Origin: Octopus sinensis
Lineage: Eukaryota
Assembly (NCBI RefSeq): GCF_006345805.1
Contig: NW_021826690.1
Location: 1-12,290, forward strand
Length of the DNA: 12,290 bases
Direction: 5' to 3'
Shown: one piece after another, positions 1 to 7,508 of the stretch
How positions within the stretch are numbered: the stretch's first letter is position 1
Layout: every line of letters begins with the position of its first letter
Made by a program: the position numbers and the translations under genes
The notes under the pieces: generated by a model
Database searches by the model: none
Told to the model about the DNA's origin: nothing
What the model saw: only the letters and a program-made list of their open reading frames with translations

Positions 1-104
1 AACATTGATGTGTAATAATGGTGAGAGAGAATTGGATGGGAAAGAAGCGGAACTGCATTTGCAGAGAATTAAATGTAGGAGCTGGAAAAACAAATGCGCG
101 AAGC

Positions 105-213
105 TACATACATACATACATACATGCATACATACATACATACATACATACATACATACATACATACATACATGCATGCATGCATACATACATACATGCA
201 TGCATACATACAT
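105..213. repeat. (TACA)n tetranucleotide microsatellite with interspersed TGCA units
   Basis: Direct reading; accounts for the HTYI/MYVC ORFs in the track. Confidence 0.95.
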
Positions 214-222
214 CTAAGCATT

Positions 223-368
223 GATATATATATATATATTATATACATATATATATACATACATATATTTGCATATATATGAATATATATTTGTATACGT
301 GCATGTATCTATATACACATCTTATATAAATACATATACATACATTCATACATACGTACACACACGCG

Positions 369-411
<43 letters not shown>

Positions 412-602
412 CTATATATAGCATATCTTATACATTATATATACATTATATATATATATGTATGTATATGTATGCCTATATGTATATATATGTGCATATA
501 TATGTACATATACGTATATATATATACATAAATAATTATATATATATATTTATATACACACATATAAATATATATATATATAAATATATGTATGTATGTA
601 TA
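223..602. repeat. Compound TA-rich microsatellite with a (CA)n run at about 361-410
   Basis: Direct reading. Confidence 0.9.
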
Positions 603-678
603 TTACATTGTTTTGTTCTTTTGTTGGTTTCCAGAAATAAATTAGAAATAAAAGACAGTTGTAAAAATGGGGAGGCAA

Positions 679-710
679 AAATAAATAAATAAATAAATAA
701 ATAAATAAAT
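679..710. repeat. (AAAT)8 microsatellite
   Basis: Direct reading. Confidence 0.95.
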
Positions 711-1060
711 ATATATGGGAAATGAAAAAAAAGGAAAAAAAAAGAAAGAAAAACACGAATGAAAATGAAAAGGAATAAGTGAACGTTTGTAAAAACTAAA
801 GTTGTTTAAAGACCCCTTTTTTTGTTTGTGCAGTTTTTGCAGTGTATTTTTGCATGTTATTTCTCTTCTGTTGTTATTTACTTTTTGTGGGGGCCCAATT
901 GGAATCAAGCAGGCTGTGGCAGTTGATGTTTATTACATATGGAGCTCTTGCTCGCTGCTGTTATTAGTAAGTTTGTCACGCCAGGTTTACGTTCGATTCT
1001 TAGATGTCCTCCACATCAAAGCTTTCATCCTCAATGTCAGCTGTGTGCACACGATTTCAC

Positions 1061-1065
1061 TATTA

Positions 1066-1109
<44 letters not shown>

Positions 1110-1130
1110 GTTATTATTATCATTATTGTT
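1061..1130. repeat. (TTA)n trinucleotide microsatellite
   Basis: Direct reading; produces the poly-L, poly-I and poly-Y ORFs in the track. Confidence 0.95.
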
Positions 1131-1266
1131 ATCACCATTGCAATTTAGTTCCCTCTTTCTTTTCCTCTTTTCTTAAATATGGTTCCTTGAAAGCTGTCAC
1201 CTTGCGGTTTTGAAAACAGTTAGCCCCCCCCAGTTTGATGATATCACTAAGCATTATACCCCTACA

Positions 1267-1407
1267 TAAACATGTATGCATATGTACATGTATATACAAT
1301 CATTTCACACATACAAGTATATTCATATGTGTGTGTGTGTGTGTATACATATGTATGTATGTTTATAGATATATACATACTATATATATATATATATATA
1401 TTATATC

Positions 1408-1480
<73 letters not shown>
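1267..1480. repeat. Compound (TA)n/(TG)n microsatellite
   Basis: Direct reading. Confidence 0.9.
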
Positions 1481-1485
<5 letters not shown>

Positions 1486-1933
1486 TATAAACAAGGGCTT
1501 TAACCTTTAAAGGTATTTTTAATATGCTGCCACTCTTTTGATGGACTTTTTTTTCTGTAAAAAATCTTCATCCTATATATATAAATATATATGCATATAT
1601 AATATTTACATATAATATATACATATAATACACACGCACACACATATATTTAGCATGGAACAACGGATCTCGAAGCACATAAAGCTATAAATAATATTTA
1701 CCCCGTTAGTCTAATAGGCAGAGAAGTTCTAATTTATAAAGGAAAAACCCCTTTCACAGACACCGAAACTGAACTATATAAAAGAAAATGCATGCAACAT
1801 CTTTTAAGCAGAAAAAGAACTTCATGGGCTGATTAAGTAGAAACACATATTACAGACTAAGATATGCCCTAAATAATTGATTCTATATAATTGACATCAT
1901 ACATTACGCTGAAAGATCATAAACACATAAATA

Positions 1934-2379
1934 CGGGTGAGGTATGCTGTGATATATATATGGAAGATGCTGCAAGGACTGGTACCAAACTTTGGAATAG
2001 AGAGCTATACCAGACCACGGACAGGACGTCACTGTGCTGTCCCCATTGTGCCGATTGCTTCATCTCGGGCAAGGACGATGTACTGCAATAGCTTGTGTTT
2101 CAGGGACCCACTGTTTAACTGCCTGCCGAAGCATCTGAGGAGCCTCCATGGAGTGGATGTAGACGTTTTCAAACGTGAACTTGATCTCTGGTTCGCCGAG
2201 ATCCCGGATGAGCTAATATCTAGGCAAGAAACTCAAAAGAGGGCAGTAACATTGAACTCAATCTTTCACTAAAAGCTGCTCCGACAAAGGTGGAAAGTGG
2301 AAAGATGAAGACAATGGCGGTGCTCCAGCATGGCCGCAGTCATTGGACTGAAACATATAAAAGAATAAAAGAATAAAAG
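1934..2379 (+). mobile_element. 5'-truncated CR1/L2-clade LINE: ORF2 C-terminal remnant, 3' UTR and (TAAAAGAA)n tail
   Basis: ORF 1937-2272 (RYAVIYIWKMLQGLVPNFGIESY...LFNCLPKHLRSL...FKRELDLW) is homologous to the 10272-10695 copy, which carries the YWERLKQLRLYSLERRR motif typical of CR1/L2 ORF2 ends. Terminal stem-loop at 2337-2350, then 8-nt tail repeats. Confidence 0.88.
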
Positions 2380-2630
2380 TATATATATAGCAAAAAGAAA
2401 ATGAAGGGTATACAAAAATGACATACATCAGCCGCTAGACATTCTATTATGCCTATCCCCAAACAAAAGGGAGTATTATATGAATAGATACACATGCAAA
2501 GACTGTGTGCTACACAAATATATATACTAGTAGAACTTGGATATTAATAATTGGGTACACTACCAGCAGTATATTGGATAGGTACTATCCTTTAGTTGGT
2601 TGGCTTCCCAACCTCTAACTCTCACGGAAT

Positions 2631-2710
2631 CTATATCTATATCTATGTGTATGCATATATATATATATATGCATATATATATATATATATCTATATATAA
2701 TATATATATA

Positions 2711-2753
<43 letters not shown>

Positions 2754-2770
2754 TACACATATATTTATAT
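2631..2770. repeat. (TA)n-rich microsatellite
   Basis: Direct reading. Confidence 0.9.
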
Positions 2771-2859
2771 CTACATCTAATATAGGATAAATTTTTTCGA
2801 AAGTATTTTATCAATGCCAACATATTAAAAAAATACCTTTAAAGGTTAAATTTATAAAC

Positions 2860-3160
2860 AACTTATAAACAAGGGCAAAAGAAAAAAAAATCTAATGCCA
2901 AATATGCCGAAAATAGACCAATTGTCAATAACCATATAATTTAACAATATAAACACGCGTCTCGAAGTAAGCCGACAAAAATTTCTAAAAAATTCCGTTA
3001 TTATCGTGTTGGTCCCAATGTCCCAATTTCAGAGTTAATTCATAAGAATTTTCTCCTCGTCAGCGATAAATACGTAAGAAAATAATGACATACTTACTCA
3101 TACCCATGAAGACGCCAAGCACTAAGTCATAGACACCTAAGTACCCCATAAATATAAGTT
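2860..3160 (-). mobile_element. Probable Penelope-like or retrozyme-type non-autonomous repeat fragment carrying the hammerhead motif; boundaries approximate
   Basis: Contains the hammerhead fold. On the minus strand it ends in ...gcccttgtttata, an end also seen at 1486-1498. The Penelope assignment is inferred from the known association of minimal type I hammerheads with Penelope-like elements. Confidence 0.45.
3001..3069 (-). ncRNA. Type I hammerhead ribozyme motif, degenerate and probably inactive
   Basis: Minus strand reads ttatcg-CTGACGA-GGAG aa AATTC ttat GAATT aa CTCT-GAAA-TTGG gacattggga CCAA-c-a-cgataa. Helix I is 6 bp, helix II is 4+5 bp, helix III is 4 bp, and both core boxes are intact. 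Deviations: C11.1>U at 3031 and U16.1>C at 3008. Confidence 0.72.
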
Positions 3161-3169
3161 GTATATTTA

Positions 3170-3176
3170 ATATATA

Positions 3177-3224
<48 letters not shown>

Positions 3225-3230
3225 CATACA
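3170..3230. repeat. (TA)n microsatellite
   Basis: Direct reading. Confidence 0.9.
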
Positions 3231-3489
3231 TAGTAAAAGTAACAAAAGAATGAGACCTCGATATTAGATTAATAGAGGATATTTTTATGTAATATAGGAA
3301 GAGCAAACAGGAGAAAGAGAACTCAAAATATGAGTATATATTTTCATTTTTTCATAAACAGTAAAAAGTCAGAAATATCATTCATTGGCCGAAAATTGGG
3401 CCTGCCACTTATAACTTGTTTGGGGAGTGGTATTCACGAAACTCTCGGCCCTTGAGCCGCTTTTGTAACTTTCTGCTCTTAAAAAAATA

Positions 3490-3525
3490 TATATTGTATG
3501 GATGCATATAATATATATATATATA

Positions 3526-3567
<42 letters not shown>
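3490..3567. repeat. (TA)n microsatellite
   Basis: Direct reading. Confidence 0.9.
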
Positions 3568-3571
<4 letters not shown>

Positions 3572-3597
3572 AAATAATAACCTTTGATCGACAAACA

Positions 3598-4030
3598 AAC
3601 AAATTGGACCACATCAGTTGATTATTTTTTAATACAAAACATGACATAACATTTCTTACGGCCGTTTCTGCTTCCAATTGTAGGCGGTGGTTAAGAAAGA
3701 AATTCCGAAAATAATATTCAACTTCCAAGCACATTCGATCTAGTTCATGGAGCTTCATCAGGCTCAATATATTAATATATTGATCCTTCTGGCCTCTTCT
3801 CGAGGCCCTGTTCTTTCCTCTTCCCTCTTCCATTCGTTCGTTTTATTTAACGCATTTGTATTCACTCTGCTCAAGCTCCATGTACTAGATCGAATGTGCT
3901 AGGAAGATGAATATTATTTTCGGAATTTCTTTCGTAAGCACCGAAAAATATTGGAAGCAGAAACGGCCGTAAGAAATGTTATGTTATATTTTGTATTAAA
4001 AATTAATTAACCGATGTGATTCAATTTGTT
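3598..4030. repeat. Long inverted repeat (foldback): arms 3598-3755 and 3873-4030, 117-bp spacer
   Basis: Hand alignment of the left arm with the reverse complement of the right arm: 141/158 identical with no gaps. The arms may extend to 3586 and 4034 (gatc). Confidence 0.95.
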
Positions 4031-4268
4031 GATCTAGAAGTTTTCTCCATTTTCTGATGATTTAAATTTGATTCCTGATAAACTTTTGTTTATTCTGTTA
4101 TAACCTGTACCCTATGGGCACAGTGTGCCTCCGTACCCTTGCCTATGGATAGCACAGGTAATTGATACCGATAGTAAATACGGAAACTATTACCCCTTAG
4201 ACTGTTACTACAACCGCTAACTCTTCTTACCTTTTATATGTATATGTATACGTATATGGATATGTGTA

Positions 4269-4450
4269 TAGATCGTTAGCCACTACACACATTTTTTTCT
4301 CTCCTTGTTTTTTTGTGTCCCTTTCTGTAGAAGAGCGTAGGCTCGAAACATAAAAAGACTTTTTCTATTCCTGAGAGTTATACTAATACATCTGTTTGTT
4401 TTGTACATCACCTGTTTTCGTCTTTGTTTTTTTTTCGTAAACTCTCCCTA
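4269..4450 (+). mobile_element. Dispersed repeat fragment abutting (TA)n, possibly Penelope-derived
   Basis: Resembles a common octopus repeat as I recall it (unverified). Contains GAGC-gtag-GCTC followed by GAAAC and ends at ...actctcccta directly against the microsatellite. Confidence 0.45.
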
Positions 4451-4603
<153 letters not shown>

Positions 4604-4789
4604 TCATGCTTTGGGCTTTTAGCTCCTTTGTGTGGTCGTTGGCCGCGTCGTGATATACTACGTGTCTCAGACAGTTTAGACCTAGCAGAGTCCAACCTTG
4701 GTCAGATTTGACCACAACCAAGTTTTTCTGGAAGGAGAGAACTATGCAGATAAAAAGAAGGTGTTCGAAAGAGAGAGAAAAACAATCAA

Positions 4790-4927
4790 CTCCGTACTGA
4801 TCTGGTTGTTTATTTATCGACTCCGAAAATGTGAAAGGGAATGTTAACCTCGGTGTGATTTGAACTCAGCGCAGATCCTCAGACCAATTACTACAAAGCA
4901 ATCACCCCAATGCTTTATTGGCTGCCT
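4790..4927 (-). mobile_element. Old, diverged copy of tRNA-derived SINE family 1
   Basis: tttatcgactccgaaaatgtgaaaggg...acctcggtgtgatttgaactcag aligns with the family-1 core at 6757-6812. Confidence 0.7.
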
Positions 4928-5433
4928 TCATAAATAAGTTCCAAAAGAGGAATAGTGATCAAAGTCTAATCGAAGATCAAGCACTACTTTGAACATAAAA
5001 AAGTAAGTACTCTCTATTAGCTGTATTTAACAACATAGAGATATGCGCTGTGAATAAACCCATATTCCAGGTAATTTTCGACGCTTACCAATTCCTCTTT
5101 CAGCGAACGCTAAATCCAATTCTTGAGGGCTTGAACGACCTCACGTTCTACTTAGTAGGTGATAAACAACTAGAAACACTGCTACAAATGTACACGGATT
5201 TGCAAGAAGAGTTGATATGAAATTCAAACTAGAAAAGAAAGTGCACTAACACGGCCACGAAGAGAAAAAATTTAATTAAGAAAACTAACATCATACTATA
5301 TTATTAAACAGAGATCAGACAATTAGCACAGGTAAGTGCGGATTTACAGGTATTAATAACATAGTTCTCGATGTTGAGATTGAAAGATTCTTGACTGCGA
5401 TACAGGAATAAAACGTATTCACCGGAAACCACC

Positions 5434-5493
5434 AAGGATGAAAGGTAAAGTCGACCTCGGCGGAATCTGAACTCAGAACGTAAAGACGGATGA
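5434..5493 (-). mobile_element. SINE family 1 fragment (box B and core start)
   Basis: aaggatgaaaggtaaagtcgacctcggcggaatctgaactcagaacgtaa is nearly identical to the other family-1 copies. Confidence 0.85.
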
Positions 5494-5514
5494 GAATATA
5501 TTAATATCATATAT

Positions 5515-5604
5515 AGGCGTAAGAGTGGCTGTGTGGTAAGTAGCTTGCTTACCAACCACATGTTTCCGGGTTCAGTCCCACTGCGTGGCACCTTGAGCAA
5601 GTGT
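5515..5604 (+). mobile_element. SINE family 2 head (tRNA-derived, CORE-like), 3'-truncated
   Basis: Nearly identical to 8044-8132. Box A TGGCTGTGTGG, box B GGTTCAGTCCC; stops inside the CORE-like gtggcaccttgagcaagtgt. Confidence 0.88.
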
Positions 5605-6173
5605 ACATCGCATGCCGGACGGAAGGACCCCCCCCCCAATCTCCTTATGGGGGAATTGGCCACCGACACAAGTGTACGAGGACGACATCACTTTCGTTTC
5701 AAGGACGTCTGTAAGAGGGACATGAAGTCTCTTGACCTGGACGTCCTGAGAGAGGAGGAAATTGCAAATGATTGCTCTCACTGGAGGCAAATACTGCAAA
5801 AGGGGATGAAGAGAGCGGAAGGAAAACAGGAACTCGTGACCAAAGAAAAGCATACTCGACGGAACGAAAAAAACCAGTAGCATCAGCATAGAGGTCCTTC
5901 AAATGCAGTTGCTGTATGCGTGGTTGCCACTCCTGCGCTGGCCCTACATAGTGATGATGATGTTGATGATGATGATGATGACGACGACGATGACGACGAT
6001 GATGATGCAGTTTAACCCTACATCAGAATTCAACGAGCAGGCTTATGATCAAAGGTGTTCCAACCGTTGTGCTGCTACAACAGACGCTGCACAACCACCA
6101 ACAACTGATACGATTTCTTCGGTGGGTGGAGCAGATCAATGGCCTCTGGAGACCGAAGGATACCTGCCTACTA
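5605..6173 (+). mobile_element. 5'-truncated RTE-clade LINE (RT C-terminus, Cys motif, 3' UTR), interrupted at about 5950-6068
   Basis: Reads HRMPDGR.P (frameshift in the C run), then LLMGELAT..RG...RFKDVCKRDMKSLD...WRQ.LQKG. It continues FKCSCCMRGCHS, resumes after the insertion as NRRCTTTNN*, and ends ggagaccgaagga...cctactac. These motifs are typical of RTE/BovB-like ORF ends. Confidence 0.85.
5950..6068 (-). mobile_element. Family 3 retroposon tail with (ATC/GTC)n end, inserted into the RTE
   Basis: Reverse complement matches 6933-7009 at 69/77 nt and splits the RTE Cys/His motif. Confidence 0.85.
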
Positions 6174-6320
6174 CACACATGCACACATACAACGGCCTTC
6201 TCGCAGTTTCCGTCTACCATATTAAAACACTAGGCTTTGGTAAGACCTGAGGTACAAGGCAATGGTGTTGAACCTGAAATCCCTAGGCTGGAAACCAAAC
6301 TGCTTAACCACACATCCAAG
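6174..6320 (-). mobile_element. Old SINE family 2 copy with internal deletion
   Basis: Reverse complement ggatgtgtggttaag...ccaaagcct...ggtagacggaaactg...gaaggccgt aligns with 8053-8207. Confidence 0.7.
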
Positions 6321-6488
6321 CCTTCACCAATGTATTGTTGAACATACCATCATATAAATTTTTCATTTCCAAGGAAAATATATTCACAGAAGTGGCATCA
6401 AGCTTTGCTTGAAAGAGAAGACAAATGTCCCTCAAATTGCATCCTATTGTCATAAAAAGGAAAGACACAATAATATAATCCTAGATAC

Positions 6489-6885
6489 TTTTCTACTATA
6501 GGCACAAGGCCTGAAATTTGTGGGGAGGGGGATAGTAGATTACATCGATCCCAGTGTTTCACTGGTACTTAATTTATCAACCCCGAAAGGATCAAAAGCA
6601 AAGTCGACCTCGGTGGAATTTGAACTCAGAACGTAAAGTCGGACAAAATACCTATTTCTTTATTACCCACAAGGGGCTAGACACAGAGGGGACAAACAAG
6701 GACAGACATAAGTATTAAGTCGATTACATCGACCCCAGTGCGTAACTGGTACTTAATTTATCGACCCCGAAAGGATGAAAGGCAAAGTCGACCTCGGCGG
6801 AATTTGAACTCACAACGTAACGCAGACGAAATACTGCTACGCATTTCGCCCGGCGTGCTAACGCTTCTGTCAGCTCGCCGCCTTG
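6489..6885 (-). mobile_element. Dimeric SINE family 1 insertion: full unit 6653-6885 plus headless unit 6489-6652
   Basis: Two tandem cores with different tails, flanked by a perfect 15-bp direct repeat tataatcctagatac at 6474-6488 and 6886-6900. Confidence 0.9.
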
Positions 6886-7009
6886 TATAATCCTAGATAC
6901 GCTATGCCTTAAAGACTCACCACAGGATGGTTACGGTTGGAACGCCTTTGGTTATAAGCCTGCTCGTTGAATTCCGATGTGGGGCTAAACTACATCATCA
7001 TCGTCGTCG

Positions 7010-7072
<63 letters not shown>

Positions 7073-7101
7073 CAATAACAACAGCAACAGCAGCAGCAGC
7101 A

Positions 7102-7508
7102 GGAGGAAGTGCAATGGCCCAATGGTTAGGGCAATGGACTCGCGGTCGGAGGATCGCTGTTTCGATTCCCAGACCGGACGTTGTGTGTGTTTATTGAGCG
7201 AAAACACCTAAACTCCACGAGGCTCCGGCAGGGGGTGGTGGCGACCCCTGTTGTACTCTTTCGCCCCAACTTTCTCTCACTCTTTCTTCCTGTTTCTTGT
7301 CCCCGACTTCCTACGCAACCGCTGAGCCTGGATGCGCATTCATCCATCCGTCGATGCTCTCGGTGTCGGGAGTTGACCTGCTTTCTCTTCTGCGAGTCTT
7401 ACGAATAGCAAAAGGACCACGTTTCGGACTTCTCCCACTACAGGAGGCGCGATCTTGCGAGCTCTGCGACGAAGACCGCTTCGCTCAACAAACAAACAAA
7501 CAAACAAA
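7102..7508 (+). mobile_element. tRNA-derived SINE of a third family (Arg-like head, OR1-like) with (CAAA)n tail
   Basis: Box A TGGCCCAATGG at 7115-7125, box B GTTTCGATTCC at 7159-7169, a CORE-like segment, tail at 7486-7508. Flanked by gcagcagcagca at 7090-7101 and 7509-7520. The family name is from recall only. Confidence 0.8.

Larger units (their letters stand above)
1499..2850. repeat. Inverted repeat pair, 1499-1526 and 2821-2850
   Basis: tttaacctttaaaggtatttttaatatg is the reverse complement of catattaaaaaaatacctttaaaggttaaa except for a 2-nt difference in the A/T run. Weaker similarity continues inward (tataggat...attttt). Confidence 0.8.

Noticed and set aside
5-1510. Many 60-120 aa ORFs (HTYI, YIYI, poly-L/I/Y); similar ones at 2560-2823 and 4383-4721
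   Set aside because: They are translations of stop-free microsatellites.
2576-2612. Two adjacent 6-bp hairpins (ggatag/ctatcc, ggttgg/ccaacc); similar small hairpins at 4699-4714, 9966-9988 and 10064-10081
   Set aside because: Short stems of this size are expected by chance and lack supporting context.
3725-3761. CTGATGA on the minus strand at the foldback inner edge as a hammerhead core
   Set aside because: No helix II, GAAT instead of GAAA, and no helix III. Other CTGANGA hits (2145, 4054, 9676, 9896, 10504, and minus-strand 4876, 10431, 10993) also lack the partner elements.
3570-3833. 87-aa ORF over the left foldback arm, and a codon-phase bias in the arm mismatches (11 of 17 in one phase)
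   Set aside because: The homologous frame in the right arm has three stops and the differences are mostly non-synonymous. The frame that would make them third-position changes has a stop shared by both arms.
5084-5190. Minus-strand exon between catttgtag and a strong donor gaattg|gtaagc
   Set aside because: All three frames contain stops between the plausible acceptors and the donor.
5304-5669. 121-aa minus-strand ORF, and ORFs at 8033-8437, 8704-8953, 11857-12045, 7126-7545
   Set aside because: These are translations of SINE sequence; the same peptides (KVPRSGTEPG, RNWYL..RP) recur at each copy.
7102-7175. tRNA-Arg gene; likewise the tRNA-like heads at 5515, 8044 and 11903
   Set aside because: Boxes A and B are present but there is no complete cloverleaf, and each continues into a SINE body.
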